From the NCBI RefSeq assembly GCF_036321535.1, contig NC_087436.1, positions 120,902,001 through 120,966,000 on the forward strand: 64,000 nt of DNA, given 5' to 3'. Under the pieces are notes generated by a model. The model did not search any database. It worked only from the letters and a program-made list of their open reading frames with translations, and was not told the DNA's origin. This DNA comes from Camelus dromedarius. Lineage: Eukaryota. This document shows positions 23,127-36,900 of the stretch, one piece after another; position 1 is the stretch's first letter, and each line of letters opens with the position of its first letter. Both the position numbers and the translations under genes were made by a program.

Positions 23127-26100
23127 TGACACTAATTTTAACCCGCCTGTACTGCTATGGAAAGTCAGGGACAAAGGGAACGGCTTTCTCTGCCTCTTCT
23201 CCCTCCCAGAGGTGGCGCTGGCCCAGCTGGTCTCAGTAGAGGGGCTGGTCTGACACTGCTTATCTGTAAACCAAACAAACAAACAAAAAAGCTCATCAAA
23301 ATGCAGGGGAGAGGAGGGCCCGCGGTGCCCGTGGACGCTCGTGGCCTGACCCTCGGGGAACATCAGGACAGCCCGCGCTGGCCGGCGGAGGGAGTTAATG
23401 AGATCTCTGTAGCAATCAGGGCTCCATTTTGCCGACGCCAGCACTCTGCAGTTTTGTTTTGGTCTTTTTGAGAAAAGAGAAACTTAAAATGCTGCCTGCA
23501 GCTTGCCTCTGGCTCTGTAACCTAAGGAAACACTTTATTTATATGAATATATTAAAACGGACATCTGCATTCACAGGCATGCCCACCAGGACCCCGCACA
23601 CACACGTGGTAGGGCCCCGCGTGTGCACGGGTACTCGCACCTCACACACCCGCATGCACCCGCACACATGCACACGTGCATTCAGACCTCATCTGAGCTG
23701 GAGTTCACCGCTGCCATCCTGAGTGTCCCGCAACAATCTCATTTCCGGTTCAAACTGAAGAGGCTGGAAAGAGCCAAGAAAGAGCCGCCCCGGACGGCCA
23801 GCTGAGCCCAGCCCGGGCCTGGTGAGGGCAGTGCCGGGGCGCCCTTCAGGAAGGCCTTTTCTGAGACCTTGAGGCCAAAAGGGGCAGTGACTGAGCTGCG
23901 GTGGACGGCCCACCAGCCATGCTGCCACATTTCACCCCACTTTCTAGCGGGGAGAGGGGGTTCTCCTTTCATCCTATGTAATTGGCCAGCATGTTTGGGG
24001 TCCCCTCTGTGTACATGCAGCTCCTGTGAAGGGTGGGGGGAAGTCTGGGGGGCTGGGACCCCTCCCTTGGTGACAGTGAGCAGGCACATGCAGTCTCCAG
24101 GCCCCTGTGTCCACACTGGTCAACAGTGTCCACCTCACAGGCTCATGCAGCCACCAGCGCGCAGTGCTCCCAGGGGTCCTCTGGGTCACTGTCTGGCTGA
24201 GTCCCAAGGTGTAGTGCCTGGCGCTGCCCTGTGTCCATGCAGGGACCCCCCGATCCCAGGACCCCTGCTCCCTGCCATGCCTGCGGCTCCCACACGTGCA
24301 CATCCAGCCCACCCCTTCCCGCATATTAATCACACTAACTTTGCACATCTAGGGGGCACCTTCTGCTCAGTGTGGCAGATGAACCCCTCCCCCGTCTGCG
24401 TCCCTCCTGCAGCCGTCCCCTCGGCCCCACCTGCCAGCATTTCTGCCACGAGAGTCGTCCACGCTGCTCTCAAACCTGCAGCCAACCCATCAGCAAATCT
24501 CTGCACTGTCCCTTCAAGCCACTAGTAGGACCAGGGGCTGGACGCGAGGGCTGTCGGGGGAAGAGAGGTTACAGGAGACCGGGGGCCGGAGACTCCATGT
24601 GCTGGGCCGCAGTTGTTTGGGGGAACCAAGAGCTACGTCTGGGACCTAACCCAACAGGATGCGGGCCTGATACCCAGGAGAGATCCCCAGAAGGCGGGGG
24701 GTGTGCACCCGGGGGTCACTGGGGACAGGGTGTGGGGCCCTTGTGTAGGGAGGGTCCCAGAGGACAGGACACTCTGCAGGAGGAGCCGGCAAGCGGGGAA
24801 GAGGCAAACTCCGGGTCAGACACCACTGGGGAGTTTAGTGGGGAGCGCCCGGGCCTGCTGAGGGGTGGGGGTGGCTCTGCGGTTCCCGCGGTGCGGCCCT
24901 CCCCGCTCCCCGCCCTGACCCAGCCTGCCCAGCACTGAGTGCCCACCGCGGGCACGGCCACGCTGGTGGGCGTGCTCTCCGGGGCTCCCCAGGGGCCCCT
25001 CCCGGGAGACCAAGCAGCACGGCAGACCAGTCTGTCCCAGAGGCAGTTTACACGTTTCCTAAAACTCAGGCCAAACGCCGCCATTTCTAGGAAGGCTGGC
25101 AGACCCCCAGCCAACCTCCAGCTGCCCAGGCCCCCATGATGAGTGTGCTGTCCGGTGGGGGGCCAGCGGACCTTGAGTGTGCGGTTTCCCTGCGGGGCCA
25201 TTTCCCCCCCGGCTGGGCTGCTGCCCCCGGGCCCCTCTTTGGCCCCGCAGGACCCTGCTTCCCCACCTCGGCTCTGGGACTTGTTTCTGCCTCTGCCTCT
25301 CCTGGATTCCGCGAGCTCCCAGAGCGAGGGGCCGCAGCAGCTCCCAGTCCCCAGCGTGGCCTGGAGCACGGGGGAGAGAAGTCAGTGACTGAACCAGGAC
25401 CCTGGGACAAGGCCACGGCCCACGGGTCCACAGTGACCTGCGTTCCAGCAGGGAGCCCAAGGCGAGAAGCTGGGATGGGGTCCAGGTGGGCGGAGTGGAC
25501 CAGGCAGCAGGCCCCAGACCCTCCCTGCTCTGGGCCTCAGTTTCCCTGGGTGTGAAGCGATGCTGCTGCCCGCCTGAGCTGCTGGGGACCCTGGAGCAGA
25601 GAGAGAGCTACGGTACCACTGCAATCTGGAAGCCACAGCCCAGCCCACTCTCCGTGGGCTCACCCACACAGCTGGCCTGGGCCTGCCTTCAGCCGGGCCT
25701 GCCTCAGAGGCCGGTGTGGGTCTGGTCTCACCCCCGCCTCTGTCGGACCCCGGCGTGGGGGCCTGTGCACGGGGGGCTTCCCAGCACCTCCAGGCTTGGC
25801 CCTCAGCCCTGAGTCTGCGCCCAAACCAAACTCTGAAGTTTTGCTAGAAATCTCAAAGGTCAGCTGTTCTCATGTTTCCAGAATTTATTGATCTTGTCTG
25901 GGTTGGAAAGGGAACACAAAGGCATTTATTGTTCGTTTCTGAGCTGCATCAGGGGAGCCGGGAGAGGTGGCACTGCCACCCCGGCCCACCCCAGGGACCT
26001 ACAGGCCAACATCGGGCCCGTGCCATCCCAAGGGGCCGCCTGCCCCAGACGTTCCCTCCTCATCCCAACACATTGTCCTCATGTGCCCGCGTCCTGCGGT

Positions 26101-26859
26101 GTCACTGATAACGCACTGACCCCCCCATCATTTCCCCAGTCTTCGTGGGGGAGCTGCATGCCTCTGCCCGACTCCCTCCCTGAGCTGCAGAGGCGAGCGC
26201 ACAGCGAATCCGGACACCGCGGGGCTCGCACCCTGGTCGCCCCATCAAGCCTCTCCACACTCCCGAGGGCCTGACTCCCTCTAGTAGCAGAGGCTCAGGA
26301 CATCCTGGTCCTGCTGGGAAGAGGCCAGTAGAAATGAGGAAATGGGGCCGGGGGGGGGGGGGGCAGGGAGCTCGGCCGGAAGCTGGCCCTCCCCTAACTA
26401 GAACCCTGAGGTGTCTCTCGCTCACTCGCTCACTCTTTCATTTACTCATCTTTTATCACTGGTCCTTCTCTCCGGGTGTGCCCGCTCGTGGCAGCAGGCC
26501 AGACCCCTCCTCGCAAGGAGCTGCCTTGAGCCTGCGGCCCCCAGGCCTGGTCAGGGCCTGGCACGTCACAAGTGCTCAGGAAACGCTGGCTGGATCCCGG
26601 AGGAGACGGGAGGGGGCAAGTGGATGTGACCCTCTGGGTCCCCCTCTCCTTCGGAGTCTCAGTGATGGGCCATGCCCGGATGAGGGGAGCTCCCCGTCAC
26701 GGGAGGTGAGCAGGAGGGCCTGGAAACCACCTGCCGGGGGCGCTGCGGGACTTGGCTTCCCGGAGCTCTCCTCCTGGGCTGGGAACAGCAAGCACAGCAC
26801 AGGCCCAGGCTTAGAACAGTCAAATCAGACAGACGGAGGTCGTCAGGTGGTACCGGGCA

Positions 26860-27030
26860 CCGCGGGGAAGGGGACAGGGCTTCAGCTTTACCAGATGAAA
26901 ACGGTTTTGGGGATGGATGTGGTGACGGCTGCACAGCAATGTGAACGCCCTTAATGCCACGGAACTGCCACTTACAGATGGCTACGATGGGACATTACAC
27001 GCCAGGTGGATTTTACCACACTTGAAAGTC
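26860..27030 (+). mobile_element. L1MB-like 3' end fragment
   Basis: GATGAAAACGGTTTTGGGGATGGATGTGGTGACGGCTGCACAGCAATGTGAA...TTTTACCACA resembles the L1MB terminus. Confidence 0.7.
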
Positions 27031-29544
27031 AATGCTGGGCGCGCCGGGGTCCTCAGAAGCGTGGCCGCTAAGCCCGAGATCCGCCCCAAGGAGACCGCAG
27101 GCATCGGCCCCGGCGCCTTCGCACAGGGATTAAGCGAAGACCGTTTGCTGGGGACCAACTCGTGTCTTTGTGCGGTGGTGGCTGTCCGGGGACCGCCCCC
27201 TGAGCAGGAGAAGCCACGTGTCCGCGCAGGGGACACGGCAGGGAGGACATTTCAGGGCTGCGCGGGACGCAGTCTCCCTCCGTCAGAAGCAGGGGAGGGG
27301 GCCGTTCCCGCTGCTGCCTGGTGGCCCCGCCAGGATGCCGGGCTCTGACACGGCACCCGCTCCTCCCGGCTGGGGTCTGTCCCTGGGAGGAACTGGGGTT
27401 AGCAGTGCAGTGGGGGCCCGTGTCAGGGTCTGGAGCTTCCCAGACGGGGACTGTGGGGGACTGTGTGGGACTTTGTGGGCCCCACCTGCGCAGCCGGGGG
27501 CCCAGCCTCCAGCAGCTCTAGCCCTGACCCAGGGACAAGCAGTCCTGGCCTCGGTGCAGAGAGAATCAGCGTGGGGAGCTGAGGCGAGGGGCCCAGCCCT
27601 GAGGCGTGTCCCTCCAGGACGGGGATCAGGTCCTGCATCGGTGGCAGCCCTGCCACCCGGGACCCACCAGTGTGGTCTAAGGAAGAACTTTCTCCAGGCA
27701 AAGCAGGTGCAAAGACAGACCAGAGGCCGGCCGGGCCTTTCATCACGTGAGGAAGAACTCCCAGGGGCGCAGACCCCTGCCCTCGAGGGGTGCGTGGGCT
27801 GGGGGAGCAGGAAGGGAGCTCCTGCGGGACATCTGAGGCCTGTGCAGCAGCGGCCTAGACAGCCTGCCGCTGCCCACCGGCCGGGGGGCTTCAGGGAGAA
27901 AGTGGCCAAGCAGGGCCCCCACCCCAGGCCCGCCTCACGTCCACGCGCTGTCCGAGGGCCTCCTGGCCAGACACCTGACATTTCTGGGCAGAATCTTCCC
28001 CATCCCCACCTTCTGTCCATGCGGTCAGGTGGGCTGGTCCCCTCCCTGGCTTCCGGGCTGTGCGTGGGATCTGACCTAGGACCCAGCCTCCTGGGGCTGC
28101 TGAGCTGGGAGGACGTCCCGCCACCAGGTGGGGCGTGGGGGGACACTGAGGAGAAAGCAGACTAGCAGAGAGGGGATGAGAAGACACAGACCTGGTGATA
28201 TTCACACTTGGATGCAGCTGTGCCCCCCCCCCCCGCAGTGTTTGTCTGACTGTGGGTGATGTTTTGAATGGGTTTTACCCTGGTCTCTGGGGAGGGGCTG
28301 CTGTTTTGCCCCCCACCACTCCCCTTCTAACGCTCTCTCCTCAACCCCACCCCCACCCTATGAGCACCAGAGACCTGCAGAAAACGCTGGCTGAGTCACG
28401 GCTCATACAGAAATCTTGTTTCCCAGCTGGCAGTCAGCCACGTGTCCACCAGGTCCCAGTGTGGCCCCTGGAAGCATCAGTGTCACCAGTCCCTCATCCC
28501 TGAGCTCCCCCTGTGCCTGAGAAACCCCATCACTGAGTCCCAACTCTGAGCCTCAGGCAAAATGCGACTTGGGGATGTGGAATTGTGGGACCCCCAAGTC
28601 AGCAGCCCAAGTGAGTCAGCAGCCCAGCTGGGACCTGGGAGACGGGGGAGCCAGGGAAGGGGCGCCTCCTGCTTCCTGAGCAGGTCACCCCCAGGGGCAG
28701 GGATCCTGGCACCCCTTACACAGGACCACCAGCCCTGCCATCGGGTTCCAACCCCAACTTCAGCATCAAGCATCCTGTGCCAGCCCCCATTTGCTCAAGT
28801 CAGCCTCTCTGGGTCCTGGGGGTGTGGTTGGTCCCTGTGCCGCCAGCAGGTGGTTGGAGCTGAAGAAACACCCCTGTTGGAGAGCCTCATTCAGAGAGCT
28901 GAAGGAAGGTACTGAGGTCACACAGCAGGAGGTGACAGTCAGGGCTTGAGCCCCATCCCTGAGTATAGGCCACCCCATGCCCCTGGCCTCTGTCCCCAGC
29001 CGAGCTGGGTGGGGACCAGAAAGAGACTAGCCCTTATGGATGGTGGCGGCACCGGGGGACATGTGCAGCAGCCCCACCCTGGCTCCCCAGGAGCAGAAAG
29101 GGCCCCACCTTCCCGCTAGCTCTCCTGGCTTCTGCCCCGCCGCGGAGTCTCCTCACCTCACTCGCTGATGGGAGATAAGAGCCCGGCTCTCGCTGGAGCC
29201 TCAAGGACAAGCTGGTAGTTTTCCATCATTACAGCAAATGACGGGCCTGCAGGAGTCCAGAGAGGCCTGGAGGGTCCTTCCCTCCTCCTTGGCTCTGAGC
29301 AAGCTGGCCGGGGTGGGGCACCTTTCCAGAACCCTCGGGAGCCAGTCTCTCCCACCATGCGCGAGCCCTGTGGGCCAGCCAGCCAGCCTCCTCCACTACG
29401 TGCCCATCCACAGGATCATCCTCGCCCCAGGCAGGGCGCTGGCCACTTTGCACCGCTCTCTCCCACCCTGACCTGGTCAGGTCCCAGCCTCCCTGCTGGA
29501 GCCACATCCGCACCTCCACTGACAGGTGGGCAACCAGCACTTGA

Positions 29545-29870
29545 TGCCCAAGGGGCATGTGGGAACTCTCTGTACTGTCTGCTCAGTTGTGCTGTGAACC
29601 TAAAACTGCTCTAAAATTTAAAGTCTCTTCTTAAAAACTCATGTAAATGGAGCCCTAGAGCATGTGGCCTTTGAGTGTGGCTTCCTTCACTTATGCAGTG
29701 CGTTTGAGATGTCCTGGCTCGCTCCTTGGTCCCTCTGAATGGTTTTCCGCTGCTTGGATGCACCACAGTTTATTTATCCACTTACACGGTATATTTATCC
29801 AGCGGGTGAATTTTTGAATTGTTTCCAGTCTTTTGACCATCATGAATAAAGCTGTTGTAAACATTTTTTT
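29545..29870. mobile_element. Adjacent L1MC-like 3' end (+) and older L1ME-like fragment (-)
   Basis: GGGAACTCTCTGTACTGTCTGCTCAGTTGTGCTGTGAACCTAAAACTGCTCTAAAA, followed by ACCACAGTTTATTTATCCA...TGAATAAAGCTGTTGTAAACATT. Confidence 0.7.
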
Positions 29871-30157
29871 AATTGCCCAGGGGTCACAGAGGTGGCGGGC
29901 TGGAGAGTCCAGCTCCACACAGAGGGGTCAGTTCCTGAGCCCCCTCCCGACCCCCTCAGGCTGCTGTGTGGGCTGAGAGCAGCTGTCCAGGGAGCCCAGG
30001 CCCCGCTGGGGGCTGACCGAGCACCAGGCATTCTTCCAGAACTTTCTGTGGATCCCGTGACACAGGCGCTAAACGGTCCTTGGGCTCAAGTCGGGAAACC
30101 CAGCCAGGAGAGCGAGGACACGTGGCCATGTGTGCGGCCTGGATGTGGTCACAGGAG

Positions 30158-30531
30158 GTGTCACAGGCTGAGCTGCATCCCCCCAAGTTCATATGTTGAA
30201 GCCCCAGCCCCCAGCCCCTCAGAACATGACTGCCTCTGGAGAGGAGGCCTTGCCAGAGGTAGTTAAGGTAAGACGAGCTCTTCAGGGTGAGCCCCACTGA
30301 TCTGCCTGGTGTCCTGATACGAAGAGGAGTTCAGGGCACAGAGAGGGACAACCATGTGAGGACCCAAGGAGAAGATGGCCGTCTACAGCCCAGGAGAGAG
30401 GCCTCGGGAGAAGCCCGCCCCGCGGACCCCTTGAGCTCAGACTGGCAGCCTCCAGGCCGGGGAGGAGCACAGCTCAGCTGTGCGGGCCCTCGTCTGCGGT
30501 ACTGCGCTACGAGGCCCCGGGACGCCGACTC
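30158..30531 (+). mobile_element. MaLR solo LTR (MLT1B-like)
   Basis: TGTCACAGGCTGA...TTCATATGTTGAAGCCC...GAGAAGATGGCCGTCTACAGCCCAGGAGAGAGGCCTC. Confidence 0.8.
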
Positions 30532-30843
30532 AGGGTTAACCCAGAGCCCCTGCTCCAGCTGCCCAGCTACAGATGAGACTGTGGCCCAAGTGGACATGCC
30601 GAGGGGAGGCTGCTCTGCTCGCCTCCCCCGCCCCTCCACTCGCCCCAGGGTCGGGGCGCTGGCACACAGCACACCACAGTTTGCAACGTTTCATTCGCTC
30701 GTGTGGGTTTGTGGCCACTGCCTGTCCTCCCCAGAGGCTGCAGACTCCATGGGGCAGGGCTGTTTCTCTGTTTTGCTAACCTGGTGCCTGACGGGCTGGG
30801 GGCTTTCAATGGATGTTTTTAAAGGCATGATTATCAGAGATCC

Positions 30844-30978
30844 GGAGGGCACACAGCTCAGGGGTAGAGCGCCCACTTAGCAGGCATAAGGCCCTGAGTT
30901 CAATACCCAGTGCCTCCATTAAAATAAATAAATAAACCTAATTTCCTCCCTCCAAAAATAAAAAGTAAATTTAAAAAA
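30844..30978 (+). mobile_element. tRNA-Ala-derived SINE (vic-1-like)
   Basis: CAGCTCAGGGGTAGAGCGCCCACTTAGCAGGCATAAGGCCCTGAGTTCAATACCCAG followed by an AAAT tail and the AACCTAATT-C-rich-A tail also seen in the 20521 and 60491 copies. Confidence 0.85.
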
Positions 30979-33900
30979 ATTTTTTTAAATCATGAAAAAA
31001 GGTCATCAGTGTACGTTGTTTTTGCCATAATGACAACAGTAATAGTAGGAGGGCGTTAAATTCTTGTAGGCCCTCGTTGGAGTTCCGTTTCCCCCACGTG
31101 TGCAGCGGATGCTGCTTCAATGCTTCCTGAAGGAGTGAAATGCATGCCCAGGTGGGCCAGTGAAAGAACGAATGAACGAATGAGTGAGTGCTCTGACCTC
31201 AGCCAGAGCACAGAGGCAGAGGTGACTGCGGCACCTCACAGATCTGGGTCATTTGAGACAGTCTCGCTGGAACTAGTGTCAGACCTGGATGTTCTGTCAT
31301 CTTCAGAGAAAAGCCCCGTAAGGCTCCCACCGTGTGACCAGCGCCGGCCCACCGGACCCTGAGCTTGGGGGCCCCCAAAGGGCTGAGCTGGGCGGGGGGC
31401 CTCAACGCTCTGCGGCCCCGTCTTGAAAGTTTTAACAATCGTCTTTGACGTGTGTGAAATCTGCTGGGATCACGGAGGCTCCGCGCCCTGTGGGCCCCCC
31501 TCCCCTCGTCTCCCCAGGAGGGGCTCTAGGCTGCCAGCTCCCCGCCCCCACCCTGCCACCCTCCACCCCTGGAGGGGCTCTGGACGGGAACACCAGGAGG
31601 GTCAGCATCCAGCAGCACCTCAGGGCAGGCAAGGTGTGGTCACCCTGCCCCAGCTGGCTCCTGCCTGCCCCGATCCAGGCACCGAGCACACAAAACTTTG
31701 ACGTCCCAATTCCTTGAGGGGTGGCCTCCCCACTGCCATCCCGGGCCACCCATCAGTATTTTGTGCCAAGCCCGCAAATTATGTAGTTAGTTCTGCCTCC
31801 TGGTGAGTCCATCTCTGACGCCCAGGGTACCCCAGCTCAGGGCTTCCTCAGGCCTCTAGGTCACCTGTCCCCTCCTGCTGGTCAGCTGTCTGGCGTTGAG
31901 CCCATTGACAGACAAGCCAGCTCCTCCCCAAGGTCACGACCCTGGTCTCCCGACAGACTGCGTGCTCCATGGTGGTTTTGTAGGGAGTAGCCCCATGGGC
32001 TCTGCCCTGCTTTCCAGGCCAGCTCCAGCCACCGCGTGGGCACAAACACAGGGGTAAAGAAAGCAGGTGAGGAGGGAGGGGGAGATGTGTGCAGGTTTGG
32101 CTGACTTTCTACTAGCCCATGAGATCCCCTTGGGAATTTATCCTAAGGTCTGGGGTGGAAAGTTCAGGGAGGCAGATTCCCCCTGAAATGGAAAACTCCC
32201 CAGATGGACAGCCCATTAAATGGAAAACTCCCGAAAGTCAGGGCAGTGCTTACAAGGACTGGGTTGTCTCAGGGAAGCGGTAAGGGGCCCGTCACTGGAG
32301 GCATGTAGGAGGGAGGGGACCAGCGACCCCTGGTGGGGAGACTGTCTGGGGGCTGGGACGTGGGACCCTAGATTCCTATGCTGTTCTGCCCTCATCCTCC
32401 TGCTGTGGCTTCACGCCCCCAGACTCAGAGGGCACAGTGAAGTTCAGGCAGGCTGCCCCTCCAAGCCCCACTGTGCTCGCCTCTGTGAAATTCTGATTAT
32501 TTAGGGAGCCAATAAAGGCAGCTGGGAGGACCACCCCTGGACTCTGCCCCTGAGTGGATGGGTAGCCACAGACCAGTGCTTGATCCTCTCTGAGCCTCAG
32601 TTTCCCCATCAGTAAAATGGATCCAGATGGTCTCTGAATGCTTTGAGCTCCCTGGAAGAGGCCAGTGGCCCATCCAGAACACCCTCTCCTGTCCTCCGGT
32701 CCTGGGACAGGACTGGAGCCCCTGTCATCAGGCTGTCCAGGGCCCCTCCCAGCTGCCAAGGGGCTGATCCCACCACCGGAGATGAGGGCCTGTGAACCTG
32801 CCACCCCCAGCCCTGTACCCAGGGGTCCCGAGGCCCCTCCCCTCCAGCAGTGGCCAGTGCCCCCAGAGCCCAGTGGGAAGAGTCTGTGGGAACTGCCTGG
32901 CCGAGCACAGGCCCTCGGCTCCTGGGTGGTACAGTTGTCACGAGGGTCTCTGGGTCCTCACTGGCTCTCCACAGAAGCCGTGGGAAGTAAGAGGGTGGAC
33001 ACTGTGGCATGGGCCCACTTTCCAGAGAAAGAAACTGAGGCTCAGGGGTCACACAGCTCAGTCAAGTTCCAAGATCAATCGGGGCCCCGAGGAGGATGAT
33101 GTCACACTGCGTGCTCAGCCTCAGACCTCCCAGGGACACCTACCCTGCTCGGGGCACTGAAGTGATCGGCCTGAGGTCATCTCTCACAGAGATGTGTCCG
33201 TGGGACCAGACCCAGAACGACAGCCCTGGGCAAGCCGGGCATTGTTGATCAACTGTCACTTCCTGCCATGCCAGGCACGTTTGCAAGTCACCCACAGCTG
33301 TGATGGGCAGGCCACACCCCCAGCCCGGCCGCGAGGCCTGGGGCCGGCACTTACTGAGCGAGAGAGTCACTGCGTTGTTTCGCCTCCTACTTGAATCCTT
33401 GTGGAAGCAACAACAACAATCCGATTTTGAGTAACAGCTTCATTTGAACCAATTAAAAGAGGACTGATTTGGCTTCCAGTTCGATTTGCGATGGCAGCAC
33501 ACTCGAGGAAACGGGTAACTAACTTATTTTTGACCACAAACATTTTGGCATTTTCTATCCTGGGTGGGGCGGTCTTTAAAAGCGGCTTAATTTCTTGGAA
33601 TCTTTTCTCAGACAACAGAACGAAAAACCAAGCCAGCCCCTTGTTCACATCACCAGGGGGTGAGGATGCAGTGGTTCTCATGTAGCAGCTGAGGTTCCGG
33701 GGCGGATTACATCAGAAACAAGGCAGCGTGGTCAGAGGTGTGCTGTTCCTGGGCTCCGTCTGACCCTGTTGGCTTAACGTTTAATCTCAAGGTTGTTCAT
33801 GGTAGAAAAAGGGATGCAGAAGAACTCAGAGTGGATTCTGTACGAAGAACCCGGAAGACTTGTTTTTCTCATACGTAAAATGAGGCTGATTAACATCTGT

Positions 33901-36900
33901 GTAGAGGGCTTGTTGGGGACTCAGCGAGGTGGGGCCAGTAATGCGAATAGCATCTGGCTACGAGGCAGCTTCTCATCACATCAGCCCCTCTCTGGAGCTC
34001 AGTTTTCTCATCTGTAAAGTGGGACTAGCCACCCACACTGGGCAGAATCGTGAGAAGTGAACACTCAGAGCGCCATCCTCAGGCTGGCATGCGGAAGGCA
34101 CACGACAAACACTAGCTGCAGGGCTCACAATCACGTCTGTTCTGTGTGATTATTCCCCAACACGACTCTCCTCTCTGGGCCTCTCTGTAGGATGGGGAGG
34201 GGGCGACTGCTCTGGACCACCCTTGGGGTAACTTCCACCCAGAGCTCTTCGAGGTATCCAGCCAGACTCCTGAAAGCCACATGGAGAGCTTTTTGTTTTC
34301 ATAGATGCTGCACAGTCCGTTAGGAGCTAATTAAATGAGAGGGACGGCCCGCCCACCCACCAATATTTGAACAGATGGCTGCAGCAGCTGGGCCCGCACG
34401 TGCAGCGGGAGATCCCCACGCCCCGGGCCCGGCCCACGGGCCGCAGCCCCCAGCTACCACCAGCACTCCTGACTTGGCTGCGCAAAGTTTCTTCCCAACA
34501 GCCCGAGAGCCAGTCGCGGGGCATCCGCAGTGGGCACGCCCCGGAAGGCTCTCAGGTTTGCTGTCCAGAGATGACCTCTGGGGGCTTCTCTGTGGGAGAA
34601 GGAGGATAGCCCTGTATCCCCGAGGGAGGCCTGCTTTGCTGGCCAGGAAGACACATTGTCCCCGTGTTCGGAGTTGCTCTGTCCCCCAAGCCCCACCCCA
34701 CCCTCCACCCCTGCACTGGGGGCAGGGGGCAGTGCCTGGCCAGCCTTGGGGACCTGCAGCTGGGGAGGGCAGGGATGGAGGCTCCAAAAGGCTTTCGGGT
34801 GTGAGCCTGGCGGGGCCTATGAGAGACACTTGCGTAAAGACAGGAAAGGTGCTCCTGGCAGAGGGCAGAGCATGAGGTGGGTGCACACAGGCCTGAGGGC
34901 CCTTAGAGCCCGGGCTTGATCCCAGGCTGTGGGGGGTGGGAGGGGCTGCAGGGGCTTGTGCCAGGCAGGCTTTGCAGCCCCTAAGGCTCATTCTGGCACC
35001 AGGACGTGGAGACTGCAGACAGGCCCCAGTCTTGGACGCCAGGCAGGCCCCTCTCCTGTGACTGCCCTGCCCCTCAGGCCTCACAGTTCTGCAGCTCCAA
35101 GTCAGGGAGGTACCGACCTGAGGGTTGGTGGCACGAATAGGAAATGGCCTTATCTGGTGCAGCTAGTGAGGAGGCTGGACCCCGGGGGCTGAGAACTGAC
35201 CATTCCCCCACCCCAACAGGGACTATGGTGTGAATGATCTCCCAGGGTTCTGCGTGGTCCCCAGAGCCCCCACCCCTAGAGGCAGTCTCTCCAGAGTCAC
35301 AGAGGCCTGTGGGATGGCGCCCAGCCTGGGCAGTCTTCGTGGTGGTTTCACAGAGGCCAACAGGTGGGTCTCAGCTCTTCCTAGCAACTTAGCAGCAGAC
35401 AGCAGGGCGCACCTGTTTCCTTTTTCTCCATCACTGCCAGGCAGCTTGCAGCACATTTTGTGCTCAGCCACCAGAGCGGATGCCCTTCAACAGGGCTTTC
35501 CAGGCCAGCGCTTCCACTCCACCCTGCATGGTGATCCCTTATCTTGACATAATGACCCCATTGTGCCCGAGGCTTTCACTGGGAACAAACTCTTTTGGCA
35601 GGAAAGAAACACATTTTGTCCCCAGGGTTTTCCTTTGGCCCAGGGTTGGCAGTTGACTGCTCCCTGGGCAGATTTCACAGACACTGTGCCCCGCCACTTG
35701 GAGGTCATGGACCGTCTCATATGCGTGTCCCCACCCAGCCAGGAGAGGGTGTGCACCATTTACAGACGGTGGGACGTGGGGCTGGGGTCACGTGGGGAGT
35801 GGACCCAGGGCGCCTGCTGGGGTCCCCTTCAGGCTGATGGGGTGCTTCTACCACCCACACCCTTCACCCTCCTCGGCCCCAACTCAGCTACATGTGATGC
35901 TTTCAGTAGTCCAGCTGGTCAACATGAAGCTGACCTTCCGAGATGGGCAGGGCTGGGGGCATGCTGCGGCCTCCGAGCCCCTCCCGGCAGACCCAGAGCA
36001 GGGACTCCGGGTGCACAAGGTGGGATGCCTCACCTAGGTCCCCCCTTCTCTATGCAGCTCCGATGAGCTGGCCTTCTACTAACTCACACCCCCCGTCCCT
36101 GTGAAGCCCACCTGCATCCACATAATGCCCCATGGATGGCCCCTGGCAAGCAGAGAAGGCACCCATCACTGCCCAGGGACAGCCACAGGCTGACACACAG
36201 CACAGCCAGGGGCCCCGGAGCCCACAGGGGCCCGGTTGGGCACAGCGCGCCTTCAGCCGGGCTGCCTGCTGCCTCCCCTCTGCCGGGTTCGGCTCAGCAA
36301 AGCGCCACAGCTGCCCAGCCAGACTCAAGATGGGCCTGCAGGCGCCCAGTGTTTTGATCTGAGGCTGCACTGGAATATTTGAGCCCTGCCGATGGATGTG
36401 ATATAAAAATACAGCTGGCTGCCAGCACAGCCGGGAAGGATGGCTTCCTCGCCAGCAAGTGCCTCGGCAACCAGTTCTCTCCCATCCTCAGCCCCCACCC
36501 CCGGAGCCGGGGGCAGGCTCCAAAGACTGGAGCTGCTCTTCTAAAGTGTTAGCAATTCTGCCTGCTCCAAGTGAGTGGTTTTTTTTTTTTCTTTTAATTG
36601 CATACTGAGCTGTAACGGAATATTTGGATGATTCTTCTCCCCCTTTTCCACAAACTCGGCAGTTGAATTAAGACATAGGAGTTAATTTAAATGAACGTCT
36701 GTCTACGCACGTCCCAACGGCTGCACGAGCGGTGGGCTGGAGCTGGGTACGGCGCTGAAGCCAACCTCTGTCAGGGCTCTGCCCTCCTTGATCTCGTTGT
36801 GGGTGCTTTTTTATTTTGTCTGAAATCTCCCAGGAGTCCAAGGGGCATCCCAGGGCAGGAAGGCAGTTGTGTGCAATGCTTCTCCAGCGCGGGGCCCAGG

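Noticed and set aside
27170..28165. 331-aa (+) and 287-aa (-) overlapping ORFs
   Set aside because: Pro/Gly/Arg/Ala-rich with no recognisable domain and open on both strands, as expected from stop-codon scarcity at high GC.
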